DNA of 64,000 nt from Tubiluchus corallicola (lineage: Eukaryota > Animalia > Priapulida): positions 814,660 to 878,659 of the forward strand of contig JAQGDQ010002366.1 in assembly GCA_030141605.1 (NCBI GenBank), read 5' to 3'. A program made the position numbers and the translations under genes. Under the pieces are notes generated by a model, which saw only the letters and a list, made by a program, of their open reading frames with translations, searched no databases and had not been told where the DNA came from. Shown here in pieces: positions 13,501-29,069 of this stretch (within the stretch, counting starts at the first letter, position 1; the number at the start of each line of letters is the position of its first letter).

Positions 13501-16500
13501 ATTTTATCTTACAGATTTTCAAAAAAGACAAGTGGATGCATTGGAACAGCAACTCAGAGATGAACAGCAAAAAGTGGTAGAGTTACAACAGGAAGTTGAA
13601 AAGAGGGACCGTCGTGTGAGGCTCCTTGAACAACAAGTGAAGGCAAAAGAAAAACAGTTTGTACAGGTATAGAACTTATCAACATTCCCTCTCCCCTCTC
13701 TTTTTCTCTTACTCTTTCTCTCTCTTCTCTTTCTCTTTTTCTGGCTCTCTTGAGATTATTAGTGTAATTTTTTGTATTTATATAAGTTTGTGTGATTTAT
13801 TTGCACTGTTACTTTTCGTTTTTTACATTTTTGTAAATTGTAGATGCATATAAAGTATAATATTGTTACTGGGGCAAAATGACATTTATTTTCGACCCCC
13901 TCAACGTTGTGATGGTTCTCTCCATTACGAAGCCATTGCATATCAGTGTTGCATAGCAGCTATAAATAGCTAGTATTGAATGGCCTCGCTGGTTCAGTGG
14001 GCTGACGGGCAGGTGCGTCTTCCATCTCAGCACCTGCTCCGTAATGACAACCGGCAATGGAGCACGATGGGGTAGACATCTAGCGTGTTACTTAATTCAG
14101 TAATTTTACTCTTACTACTGTTTTTTTACATTTTTCTTCTCAACTATGCGACAACGTATTAGCACCATCCTTTCTTTGTTACAATGTGAACTTGCTTATG
14201 TTCAAAATCAAATCGTATCTGCTCCTGTTTTTTCTATCTATCTGTTTTTCCTAATCAACTTAACCTTGAAGATGAATTGCTAACTGCTCTATATAAATAA
14301 AATGTTTGGCTGTGGGCAATTGAAACAACCATCCATCGTATCTGTCTGTCTGTCCGTTCTTCAATCCATCACTGTAGCCGTGCACTAGCCGGCCAGATAG
14401 CATATATCTGCCAATCATTTGATTAGTATCAGTACATCTGGAGTGGGAGAAATGAAATGTGCAGTTTTTGTATTGCAGGAAATAAAAGGTGTGAAATCAG
14501 AAATGAATGTACTGCAGAGACAACTGGAGCAAAAATCTAGCATGATAGCATATTTAACCACGCAACTGCACCAAGCTAAGTTGCAAGCTCGTCCAAGCTC
14601 TCAGACTCCGGTAGGAAAATTTGTCTTCGCATAAACATTTAATTTATTTGCCACTTTGTTTTCAGGCAGTTTGTCTATAATTTGCTTGTAGAGAAATACT
14701 GAACTAAGAATGTCGTTTTTGTCAGTAGTGATTTGTCTGCGAGCAACACAGTTTTCAAATTAACATTGTCACAACTATGCCTCATTTCGGGCATGCTAAG
14801 TTCCTTAATTTTTCATTTATATCGGGATACGCTAATCTGCATTCTACATGAAATTAGAGTAGAATGTTACTTCTGGTAACAAAGATATAGAAATAAAACC
14901 AAAAGCTTGATTTTGAACAGTTCTATACTCCCAAATGCATCTCTAGATTTGATTTTGTTATTGTTATTGATTGAAATATTTATATTTGTTTTATAAAGTA
15001 AAAAACTGATTTTTTTTCTGAATTCTGTTTCTGCACTACAAGTCATGCATACAGCACGCATACATTACTGCATTATTTCCAGACACGCATGACTGATCAT
15101 TTGATATAATTTAAACAGTTTTAGGTATTCTTACATTTGCAAGAGTTTTAGCTTTTTACCAAAATGAAAAAAGTTGTTTTGTCCCATTTAAAATAGATTT
15201 CTTTTTAGAAATCACCTTTTCAGTTTATGTTTATTTTCCATGTAACTTTACGATAGTCTAGACTCTAGAGTAATAAAAATTGACTGTGGCACCAAAATAG
15301 TTTAGTCACTTTAGTGCAGTAGTTTCATATGAGAGCAGAACTTTAATGATCCGAGAGCAAAGGAGCAAGGTAGGCTGTAACTTGCAGCTGAAAGTGATAG
15401 TTGTACATTTACAATGTCATTCTAAGTATAATGAGAGGAAATGCAAAAAGTGTCAAATGAACTGCCAAAATTTAGCAACAGTAATACCTAAAGACTAATG
15501 ACTGATCAGATCGGACCAGATCATGTGCAAATTTAAGCAATATTCATCAGAACAAGTGCAAATTGACATGAACTGAGCTGTAGGTTTCATTAATTTAACG
15601 TCAAGGCACCATTTCAGTCCCTTTTAGTAAGACACCACTGGAAACTTGATAATTATGAAATTAAAGTATATTGCCTGTAAGATTAATACCATTGTTTTGC
15701 AGAAACGTAATTCAAACCTGCGGCACATAGGCAGCACATCATCACTGGAGGGTAGTTCATCAGAAATGGCTGCGACGCCTTCTCTACCAAAAATGTCATC
15801 GCCAGCTCCACCACAAACGCCAAAGCCTAGTCGCACACCAGTTCGCCATTCTCTTCTCAGACAAGGGTATCTGTTTTTTAAAAATATAATATTGTTTGCT
15901 TTAAAAAATACTTATGGCACTTAAAATTGTTCTGCGAATGGACATATGACCACCTGGTTCAATAGTGTTCTAAATAGTTTCGTCCCCCTACTTTCCATAG
16001 GTATTTGCTTCACTGAAGGTGGACGTGTTGTAATGCGGGCCGACAGAGATACCTCTCTGCCGGTTTAGGTCTCATCTTAGAATATTAACTTTAGTGAGAG
16101 AGTTTCCAGCTCATGCACATTGAGTAGATTGTAGATTCAGCCATTGAGTGCTGGATTTCAACTCGCAGGGTACTAAACTGTAGTGAAAAACTCACTCCAG
16201 TCAAGCCAAGTAGCATTCTTAAGAAAGGTTTATGTTTTAGTTCCTAAACATTAGTTCCGCATTAGTACAAAAATGCCTCAAAAGGAATTTACTGGACTAG
16301 CAACAGGCACTTTGCTTTGTTTAAGAAAAGCTTAGAATGGCTGCATTTTTAAAAGTGGAGTTGTCTGTGTCAGTGTCAGCTATTACTATTGGAATGAAGA
16401 TGTGCGCAAACTGAGATTTGAGATTTATTGAGTCATGAAGTATCTTGACCGCCCCTATTGTGCTTCATGTTGGAATCCTGTCGGATCAGTGTGCTTCCTG

Positions 16501-17577
16501 CATCTTAGAGATTTGTGACGACTTTCTGAAAACTAAAATTTTTGATTTTCTTAACCAAATTTTGATTTTCATAGCTAAGAATTGGGAGATTTTTGAGAAA
16601 TTTCATTTTACAACCTTTTTTAACAGCAATTCTTAAGTTAGGTAATAGACCTCATTAGTAATATTGAAAGCATGCCAGTTAGCTTCTAAATATTATAATT
16701 ACTTATGCATAATAATTTATACTTATGTAACTATTATTTTCATTGAGGGTACTGCAAACCGATCAAATGACGTAAAGTTTGCATGTACAAGATGAACTCT
16801 TTAAACCTATGCCTGTTATTTAAATGCATAAATGCTCAGGGTATTTCACAATTGAATTGATCATAACCCAAAGTGCATATGCAAAATAAACTGTATCAAA
16901 CTAAACAGTCAAAAATAAAACAGCAAAACTTCTGAGATGGTAAAATTTCTGAATAGCAAAGTATTGGGTTAGTTAGGTTCCCAGAAATGGAAAGAAATGC
17001 AGTTTGTAAACAAAACAAGTCGCAACCAATGTACGCATTGCACACGTGTGTCATTTTATTCTGAATTTTATTTATATTACCACCTGACTAGTGGTTTCTG
17101 AAAATATATGTGTACGAGGTAAAACAGCAGCACAGAACTAATTTAAAACCGAACTTCTTTTTGTGCAGGAAGCGGGCAAATTTACAAGAACAAGAAAGCA
17201 CCAGATTAAAACCTTCTAATCCTGCAGTACGGCATGTTTCGGGACGACAGTCTTCCACACCATTGCTAGCACAGAGCGCCCCCTCAGCACTTCCACACAC
17301 ATCTAGGACAGTGTCACCTGATCTATCCTCATTTCTTTCCCACACGCAGCTAAGTGTTCGATCTCCAAAACCTCGCCGATCAAGCAAGTCGATCCTTCCG
17401 CCAATTCAAAGTGCACAAGCTCCCATCAAAAACAGCGAAAAGTTAGCAGATGGCGCTGGAGTCAAGAAGCTTACCCGTCAGTCCGGGGATAATATACAAA
17501 CCCTAGCTGTAGAAAATGTTAATGGTACAAAGGTGAAGAGCACCCACTCTACACCACCTACTGATGCTAGCTCTTAA
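10580..17577 (+). CDS. CCDC92: Coiled-coil domain protein CCDC92-like, 342 aa, 6 coding exons
   Basis: Exons 10580-10700, 11942-11992, 13515-13666, 14479-14610, 15703-15866 and 17169-17577 are all GT-AG with matching phases (1,1,0,0,2). The N-terminus MDLQNRLISAEKAILFMQQEHAQTLKGLHLEVEHLQRRCSELTFKL is the CCDC92/74 signature. It also has IAYLTTQLH, PDLSSFL, ILPPI and TLAVE motifs. The ATG directly follows an acceptor AG, so an upstream exon exists. Confidence 0.88.
10903..11029 (+). repeat. 64-bp tandem duplication (2 copies)
   Basis: ttcaatatgaaataaagagtttatttattatttacttgactagcaactattactttcccttac starts at 10903 and again at 10967, with one mismatch. Confidence 0.9.
11100..11462. mobile_element. 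hAT (Charlie-like) MITE, 363 bp
   Basis: TIRs CAGGGGTGTCCAAC / GTTGGACACTCCTG, a perfect 8-bp TSD aactagaa (11092-11099 and 11463-11470), and subterminal gcgggccg repeats. Confidence 0.92.
13864..14402 (+). mobile_element. Probable solo LTR in CCDC92 intron 3
   Basis: Starts tgttactgg and ends ccagatagca (imperfect inverted termini, TG...CA). It has an internal TATAAATA near 13960 and AATAAA near 14296. The flanks aatat/tatat match 4/5. Confidence 0.45.
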
Positions 17578-19521
17578 CTTATTAAATTGAAAATTGTAGA
17601 CATTGTTACGCTTACTATTGTAAAGTGTAAGACTCAAATCACATTTATTCATAATAAATCAAAATTATTTTCAGCATTTCTAATCTGCTATTTACATTAA
17701 TCGTAATACACCATGCAATGCACTAGGCTATTTGTGAAAATTTCTATGCTGTGATATGTCTCACAAAATGTGATGAATTGATAATATTTTCATCATGACC
17801 AGTTAATTTAAAAATTTGTTTGCTTTTTTTGCGATCTCAAGCTTGTTAAAAATGGATAGAAGTCATAGATTTTCTGAGAGTTTGAATCATGGTGTGTTTA
17901 GTCTGTTTGATAAAAATACAACAAAGTTACCTGTGATATAACCACTTGTTCTAGTCATGAAACTTGACGTAAATAAACCGTTTGACAATTATCCACCTTT
18001 TGAAAAATTTTTTTTGTAAAAATAAGTATTTCGTATCAATAATTTTAGGTTACTACACTTTTGAAATTTAAATAACTCCAAATCCAAATCTGTTGCTTAA
18101 TTTCAAGTTAGCCACTATGTTTATGGGACATAAAACATTTTTAGTATCAAGCCTTACCAGTACGCTTTACCTGTATTTTTCATTATAAACCAAGTTTGAT
18201 ACAATAGACCCCAGGTACCTTTAACATTCTTTCATAATGAGTAAATAAGTTGAGCTTTCTTGCAATATAATGTACTTTCTATAAAGAAGTTCATACTTGC
18301 AACCGAACTAGCTAGATAAATAACATTTTACTGCAGACATTACTGAATAGCTTCCACACAGAAAAAAGATGTATAGCAATCCCCCCCCCTATATCAAACT
18401 TCCTTTCTAAACAACTGCATCTACTGCTTAAACTTGGCAACTAGAAATTGTATTGCCTCCTCTCAATCTGAGTATTGCAAATCTTGTGCTAATTTCTTAA
18501 CTGACTGGGTAATTTGTTTGTATAAAGTGTGTTCATGCACTAAGAATAAGTGCAAGTAAATTGTACTATGAATGTTATTTCAGATAAAGTATATTGTTCT
18601 GATGGAATGAACCTATAATTATTAAATTTGGAATCAAACACCTCAGAAAGAAAGAAAATTATTAGGTTAACCATATAACCACTAGACTACTCAGTCCCAA
18701 GCTACCCAACCAATTAAGCACAGTCCCTCGTTCAAATCCCAGCTCTGTACTAATTTTCACATTTTCCTTTCTTTTAGACAAATTTGCCTTCATCATAGTC
18801 CATCATTAAAAGCCATCTTAAAATTAATATTACGAATAATTAACAAGGCTTTGAGAAAATCTTCGTATTACGTACATTTTTCATACTGACAAGTTTCATG
18901 GCAATATATAGGTTTTGTCAATTTTGCTATAAATCGGGACAAAACTTGAAAGTGAAATCATAAGTTGACTGTACCAAAATAACTAAGTGATCGAAGGCAT
19001 GTCCAAAATTATGTTTGTACTGCTTCACCATAGGTACTCATCTTTTACCTAATCATAAACAACTTCACTTGCACAAAAACAATTAAAAAACATTTTTGCA
19101 CTACAGCTGTATTATGTAGAAGTAAAACTAAACTGAAAACAACAATAAATGAAATGTCTCATAAAAATTTTTATTGAAAATTGGACACGTAACAGACCAT
19201 TTCTGAACTAATTTAGATCACCTTTATAGCAGCCAACATGACTTGTGTTAAATTCCATCAAAAATACTTCTACATTCTAAAGTACAATAAGATATATACA
19301 GGGTAGGTTATAGCTACTTAATTCGTACAGTAGCATTTATATAATTCGTATAAGCAGTATTTATACTGCACTAGCTACCTATAGTTACTTGGCACACTTG
19401 ATTCTAACGACATAGAAAACGTTACAAAACTGTCCGAGTATTCATACAAAAATACTGAGTGGTTGACCACATAACCACTTTTTGACCAGGCACGAAGAGC
19501 ATTAATAATGGCAGTTGACAG

Positions 19522-21720
<2,199 letters not shown>

Positions 21721-24544
21721 GGTTGGTGTATGAGTTTCTCAGCTATTAATAAACATCATTATTTTTAAAAATATCAGTAGTTACAATTAAATCTTTGATT
21801 TAGTAAAATTAACAGTGTATTATAATTATTCTTACATGTTCCATTTGATAAATACATGTAGGATATGAGTTTAGAGGACACTGGCACAGGCTGAATATCT
21901 CATTCATTAGCGAGTTATGAAACATTTCTAATGTTGCAAAAGCTGATTCATTTACACCACCCTCAGCTTTATATGTTTACTATCATGTTTGTAAATCTGA
22001 GTGGTCATGGACTGTGCTTAGGAACTGCAGTTAAGTAATGCCAAACAAGGTCAGTAAATGGATGAGTGAGGCATAGCAAAACTGCTTCTAGGCAAGTTAT
22101 CTTATTGAGGGACAATGTGTACATTTGAAAGTGTAGGCACAATTATTGCTCTAGGGTCTCGTCAAACAGGAATATCCTGCAAAATGAGCTAGGTTTGGTT
22201 GATGCCGATTAGATACCATCTTACAGAGTACCAGACTGTATAACACCCCTGACCATATATATTTATGTTTTGTTTAAATTTAAATGCAGAAAACACACTG
22301 TACCATTTGCATTTAGCATTTTTATATTTAAAACAATATGTATGACTAATGAGCCGAGGTGACGTTATACTGCTAGATGCAGGTTAAGTTTTCTCAAATT
22401 TTGTCCATTTGAGAGCTAGTGGCACTTTGGGAATGTTTTTAGTGGTGAAGTTTCACTTGCACTGCATCCGCAAAGATGAAAGTGAAAAACTAACAAACAA
22501 ATTTTGCTATGTAAGTTGACACACTACAATCTAGTAATTAATGCAGAACTGCCTAACAATAATGGTTGTTGACAGAAAAAATAATACTAACGGCACTAAA
22601 CGGCAGAGCCGTATCAACCCTAATTCAACAAAGGAAATAGCTGGGGTAATACTGCAGACCAAACTACACAAAACCAGTTTTTTGGGCAGCTTGCTTCATT
22701 CCACGGTAAGTTTGGGTTTGCTTAACTCCATAGCCAAGTGATTACTCGGTCTGTGATTAGCCTTACCTCAAGTTGGCAGTTTACGAAACAAAAGTGGTGC
22801 ATATTCACCATATGTTGTGCATTGCAATACATTAATTCATTAGACAACTTTGTGAATGTAAACTGTTTTTAAAAATAACAGCTAAAGAGATTTGTCACAA
22901 CAAATCAATTAGAAGATATCCTGATACCATAGCAATGTTTTCAACAGATGTATAACTAACCAGGATTACAGTATTACTTATGTAAATGCGTCCCAGCACA
23001 TGAAACACATTAAACTGAAGCCCTTGAACGCCACTAACACTAGGACAAATTTCATGGCTTTATTGAAAACATGTGACATACAGTTTACGTTGCTACTCTT
23101 ATTCACTGTTTAATTTTACTGTCAGTCCCATTCCTATGCAATTTTGCTTATGCTGCAGTAATTCATTTTCAAACTTATTTTGTTTATAAGCTTAAAATCT
23201 CTGTGATAGCATTTAATTTTTTTAAATCATAAAATTATACTTAAATCCTATCAATTATAGTCAGATCATGTGAAAAAACATAATATCAAACATTTTGCAA
23301 TAATAAATCAATTATCACGGACATGCAAATAATATTCAACAGTTAACATTGCCACCAAAAACATTTTCCTCTCTGCTTATGGTGATATTACCAAAAAGTG
23401 CAATTACCTGCAGGAAACTGTAAATTAATGTAAATAATGATAATAATTTATACTTTATTTTTCGTATCACATCAAGTGATCTCAATGCACTAAAGTTACA
23501 ATTAGAAAGTCTGTTACAACTTACAATTAAGCATTGACAATCATTATAAAATTAATCATTCAAAAATCATAACATTATACTAATTGTAAACAGTGCTATA
23601 AGACTATAAGATTGATTTTAAAAGCCACCACAAAGTAAAAAATCAGAGATGAAAAACATTAAAATCATCTAGAGCTTAAAAAATGAATGACGCAGCCAAC
23701 CAGGTGCAACTACGCAAACGTTATTAATATTTTTATTGTTTGCAGACCTACAAGTTACTAAAACATTCCTAAAGGTGGTACTGAATTCTTCAAATCCATC
23801 TGACCTCTATAGACAACTGCATCTGCTCTGCCTGCTGCTTTCCTATTGATAACATGAACGACCAACAATATTTTTATGCACTCATGTTCTAGTTACGGAA
23901 TGAAATCACTCCATAGTAAAAGATACGTAATTTTGATTAAGAAACTCTACAAACTGATCTACAGATGTTTTGGCCATTTTATCATGATTTTCAAATCTCT
24001 CAAAAATAGCAAAAAAGGTGGTGCAGTGTGCCACAATTACAGGATCTTTTATTACAGGCTTTCTTCAGTTCCAATTGAACTTATAAATCCGGATATACAA
24101 CTTAATTATGTGATGGTAAGAAACACAGTAAGATTAAACATGACTGAAGCAATTAGTAATTTCAAACATTTATTTGAACCATAATGTATACAGATGCTTT
24201 TTCAACTGACATTTCCACCTGTAGATGGCAGAACTATGTCGTACTATAATTAAACAATCACACTGTAACAGTGGCGAAAAACAAATGACTTTGAAATATT
24301 GAACTCTAACAATCTAAACTGAAACTTACATGGTAACAAGCGAAGACTCTTTTCATGAATGCCAACACTCTAACCTGGGGCCAGTGTACTTTAAAATTGT
24401 GAAAGATGTTGTAGTACCTCATTATACTAAATTTTTTAAGCTACCTTCTGTGTTAGCACATATATATTAATATGTATAACAAAAATATTAGTGCCAATTT
24501 AAGTTTTACAAAATTGAAAGGATGAATAACCAGGATATTAGCTG

Positions 24545-25274
24545 AGAAAAATGTAATGCCCTTTATAATCTCAAAGATTATAATATTTATTCAGTAACTT
24601 TTGCTCTAGCAGTCCTCATCAGCTGAAAATAACAGATAAAATGTTAAAACGTATGTACCAACGTAAGAACATTAAAAAAACAAATTTCAGCTAAATATCA
24701 CTGGTTTGAAATATAATAAGTCGGAGAAAGAATATAAATGACTGCACAAGAAGAAAAAATATAACTAGATATACAATTGGTTTCACCAGAATAAAATTAA
24801 ATAAAGTAAGCAAAAATAATAAATTAACATACCTGAATAGAAAGTGCTGGTAACTTGAAAGTGAGTTTTACAAAATTTGACACTTTATAAAAGCTCAGTA
24901 AACATAAGTGCCTGTGGTGTGTTACAGTGAGACACTAATGTTTGCTGAGCGTTTATGAACTGTCAAATTTTGTAAACTTAACTCTCAAGCTGCCAGCTCT
25001 CTATTCAGGTATGTTAATTTATTCTTTTTGCTTTCTTTATTTAATTTTATCCCGGCAAAACCAATTGTATTGTTCTGTTTTCCTTCTTATGAAGTCATTT
25101 ATACTCTTTCTCTAACTTGTTATATTTCAAACCAATGATGTTTAGCTACAATTTTGAATTTTTTTAATGTTCTTACATTGGTACATACTGTTTTAAAATT
25201 TTATCTGTTAGGGCAAAAGCTACTAAATAAATATTATAATCTTTGAGACTATACAGGGCACTACGTTTTTTTCT
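24545..25274. repeat. Long imperfect inverted repeat (foldback), ~350-370-bp arms, ~16-bp loop centred near 24921
   Basis: The arms align along their whole length, e.g. tctcaaagattataatatttatt / aataaatattataatctttgaga, aaattaacatacctgaatag / ctattcaggtatgttaattt, and gctcagtaaacat / atgtttgctgagc. Confidence 0.95.
24833..24889 (-). promoter_or_regulatory. Candidate TATA + Inr core promoter and 30-nt non-coding first exon of the acetyltransferase
   Basis: On minus, TATAAAG (24889-24883) is followed by Inr-like CTCACTTT with A at 24862, then the donor CAG|gtatgt at 24833/24832. The otherwise orphan 5'-UTR acceptor at 21743-21744 needs such a donor. Confidence 0.5.
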
Positions 25275-26581
25275 GTTAATGATGACAAGTCTCAGGAGAG
25301 CTCTCTCGTATTTCAAGGATATTATCTTATTAATTACCATGATAATGACATCTAACCTAAAGTAAGTATTAGTATGTTTTTAATTGATTCTTGTGAAAAT
25401 ATAGGGACCTGCAAATTGAATCATCATTAAAAGTTTGTCACTAGGGAGCACTCATCATGTCTGCCACAAAATTATTTATTAAGAAACAATAACTCTAAAT
25501 AAATTTATATCTCGTGTATAAGTGCGTGTAACTTTTGTAACCTCAAATAAGTAGTATAATTGATAAACTTATTGTTATTACAATTAACCATGTCACGATA
25601 TAGTACGGTATTTTATTGTGCTAGTACAGCACAATTAAATTTTGTAGATATGGTACGGTATTCTTTCACACTGTACCATGCTACCAGCCCTATGCACAGT
25701 TCCACTCAATTTTTTGATCTTGCACGGTTTTTAATAAAATACATATTGTAATGTTGGCACCAGTAAAGTGACAGAAGAGAGATTTAAGAAGAAAAACTTG
25801 CCAGACATCTATTTGTGTTTCATTCTGCATGTACGGAACAAGTGCTGAGATGTTGTATGTGCCTATCCGCCTACCTGCTTAACCATAGAATCATTGCATC
25901 CCAGCCTATTTGCTTAAGCAATGGACAGACCTACTATAAAGTAGAGGGTGGGGGTGAAAATAAATAGCATTTCGTTGCCGTTAATATTAATAAACGATAA
26001 AAAATATAACTTCTGTCAGAATACTGTGCCTATGTCAAATTATATTTCTGGAATAGCCTTTTGCATCAGACCTTACTGAAACTGTTGACTATATAACAAC
26101 ACCATAATTGCAAACTGTTTATTGCACCTGACAAGTATGGCTTATTATAACTGTGTCTTACAACATAATATTATGTAAATTTATACTTCTTATGGCATAT
26201 AGAATTTCCGATAAAAAATAACAAATACACAAAATTTAAACATTCAACAAAGTAAAAACTAGAGTTAAGCATAACAGCTTATGGTCATCTCCACTCTTCC
26301 TTGATTACTTTATTAAGAATAAAGAAAATAGATGGCGACACTGTGATCATGAAGTGTGGCACAAGACTTCCTGTTGCCATTGTGGCAACCTAGGGTCTAC
26401 ATAAGTAAGTCTAAATACCAGTAAAAATATTTATATATTTATCACCTTTTGAACAAATTAACTGACATTGGCCAGACATTCTTCCTAAAGTTGCTTTAGT
26501 AAATCTCTAATAGGCCTACCTCGTTGATTTTTTATAGTTCGTTAACTCCAATGCTTATATATTTTGTTGCTTGGTACTATT

Positions 26582-27470
26582 AGATGGCCCTCTGGCAGTC
26601 ATTCGTACAGATGCAGCTTAAGGTTTTAAGAGCCTGATTGGTGATCCGTTGCTAGAAAAATGTGGAATGTCAATCGAGATGGGAAGAGTGAAAAATCCAA
26701 ACAAAAACCCCGTAGGTGAACATGCAATCCAAGAACTACAGGCTGAACTCCTAAATGTTCAGCCTGAAGGTGGTCCTATTTCTCAGGTGGACTTGATTAT
26801 TGCACTCAATCATCTCAATGCTTGAATCAGAACACGAGGACTGTCTGCTTGGGAGATGTGGTTTCAGCATGACCAATTCATTGGTGTTCAACACCAACAA
26901 AGACTAGCCAACCATCCTGCTAATGAAAAGTCGAAGGCGCCGCTCCGTGACTACAAATACCCTGAGGATGAACAAGTTGGCGATATAGTGTACTTATACC
27001 AGGATCGTGACAAGTCCTTTGCCCAGAAGTGCTATCTCATCACTTCAGAGGACACAGATTGGGTTAACATAAAGCGCTTTACTGGGTCACAGCTCTGCAA
27101 CCAGTCTTATAGAGCAAACAAGTCAGAATGTTACAAGGTGCCTTGTTACTCACTCCCTAGCCATGAGCATAATCACACAATTAGTGCAATACGAGACAGT
27201 ACAGATGATGAAGAGGGGCACTCAGACATCAGTCACATCTCGCCTATATCCATCCACACCTGATGTCCCTATATTGACACAGCCATCCCTACAGAAATCA
27301 ATACTCCACCCACGAGTTTTGAAATTTTGAAAATGTAGCTCCTTTCGGTGAAGAGACCAACTGATTAGTGCCACAGCCAGTTACATCACGACTCGTAAGA
27401 ACATGCACGATGCCCTCAAAGGCGTCTCAGGCCCCCAACTTACCTGAAAAACTATGTCACTGAGTATTGA
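26582..27470 (+). mobile_element. Gypsy-like LTR retrotransposon remnant: decayed integrase core and C-terminus
   Basis: Reads DGPLAVIRTDAA*GFKSL...MGRVKNPNKNPVGEHAIQELQAELL...LNA*IRTRGLSAWEMWFQHDQF...VGDIVYL, i.e. an rve D..35..E region plus a GD.V C-terminal motif, with in-frame stops. It is 5'-truncated. Confidence 0.82.
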
Positions 27471-28029
27471 GCATTTTGATACGTTTCTACTTTTGTGCTT
27501 ACTTGTTCTAAAGGACACGTACATATATGCACATGTATTTAACCTTCTTTTGCTAGCTGTTAGAGAAGTTCCATTGTTCTAGTTGCCTTGTATATACATC
27601 CATTTATTGTCACTAACTAATCCGTTTAGTGCCTTTATCACAGAATTTGTTTTGTACCAGTTTGTTCAGTGTAACCTGCACTGAAGTTCAGGTTTTGTGC
27701 ATCTTTACTCTTACTTTAGTTTAGCAGTGGTTTAAATGTAATATGTGTTCTCCGGTCAGAGATGACTACTGTGGCGTAATTCCATTTAATTTTCTTGGCA
27801 TATCTTATCTTACTTACTTATCATATTGTGATTATCGTACTGTTGGTTCAATTGCAACATTTTTCTTACAGTTAAATTATTTTGTTACAACTTAGACACC
27901 TACATTTATTTGGTAAAAGTATTGTGCAGCATCTTTACTTAGGCTTTAGAGTATGGCTGTTTATCCTATGTTACTCATCGTTAGGACTGGAAGCAGTTAC
28001 CACTTGGAGTGTTACTTAAGTGTTACCTG

Positions 28030-28267
28030 AGAGAAAAGAGAAGAGGTTACGCCAATGTTATTGGTTGTGTGCAGTGCAGAATGTACGGAGATGATGATGA
28101 CGAATGAGAGTTAGGTAGTGCGTCTTGGTGGAGGGGATCATCTCGACGATGGCGGTCTAATTAACTATAAACCTTTTACTATAACCTAGTATTTTCTTGT
28201 CGAGTTCATTTAAAATAAACCGCATTTTTGCTGTTGGAATTTGCTGTTTCCCTTTTATTGGCGTACA
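28030..28267 (+). mobile_element. Polypurine tract and 3' LTR (~220 bp) of the same retrotransposon
   Basis: The PPT agagaaaagagaagag (28030-28045) is followed by gttacgccaat ... attggcgtaca (inverted termini), with an internal AATAAA near 28214. Confidence 0.75.
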
Positions 28268-28716
28268 AATTTTTACTTTTTACAAGGGCTCAAAAATGAT
28301 ATAAACCTATCCAAAAATTTCCAGTACACCCCCGCTGTAACTCACTCATTACATGTGGATAATTAATAGTCCGAGTAATAAATCACAGACGCAAAAAATC
28401 TTGAACGTTACCTTTAGTGGTACAAATCAGCAGAAACCTGTAAACTTTCAGAAAACTACAAAAAGCGTAAACACCGTGCCTGGTAATTGACCCTCTAGAT
28501 AGGTTTCCCCTTTTGATTTTAGTGATAATCTCGGACGAAAAGAGTCTAACGCCCATCTAACAGATTTGCTGCCACAAAAACAGAAATAAACTGAAACTCT
28601 TGTTAAGAAGACTTGATATCTTTGCCCCAGACCCTCATCGACTTCTTTCAGCTCAAAAATTATTTTTTAATGAAACAAATTTCCACACACTATAACTATA
28701 ATGTGTAGAGCGCTTT

Positions 28717-28940
28717 GAAAAAGTAACTTTATAATAATGATGGATAGTCCTTGACAATTTACAAATGTATTTTTCACAATAATGTCATCACTATTAATCA
28801 ATCTGTTAACATCATTATAACTATGTAGGGCACATAGCTCGCTAGCTTGTTTACTTTATAGAAAACAATTATTTGTCCAAGAGGTGGTGAAACGGATCAC
28901 ATGTTCTGTGAAACGAGACAAAATAAAAAATGATATATCC
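28717..28940 (+). mobile_element. Degraded internal fragment related to the 32573-33534 element
   Basis: Shares taactttataataatgatggat and tagaaaaca.ttatttgtccaa...gtgaaacggatcac...gcgagacaaaataaaaaatgatata (near-identical) with 32735-33178. No TIRs. Confidence 0.8.
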
Positions 28941-29026
28941 TTCTCCGCTCCCAACAAATATAAAGATATTTGACATTTAGTATGCTCAGTAGTGGTGAAC
29001 ATCGAAAGGTTTTTATTAAAAATAGG

Positions 29027-29031
29027 TAATG

Positions 29032-29068
<37 letters not shown>

Positions 29069-29069
29069 T
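29027..29069. repeat. (AAT)n microsatellite
   Basis: Direct inspection. Confidence 0.9.

Noticed and set aside
23700-24190. 102-aa ORF 23876-24184 as a gene
   Set aside because: Looks like weak LINE RT C-terminal debris (HSxxSYG) without splice support; too degenerate to call. The same applies to about 38780-38880.
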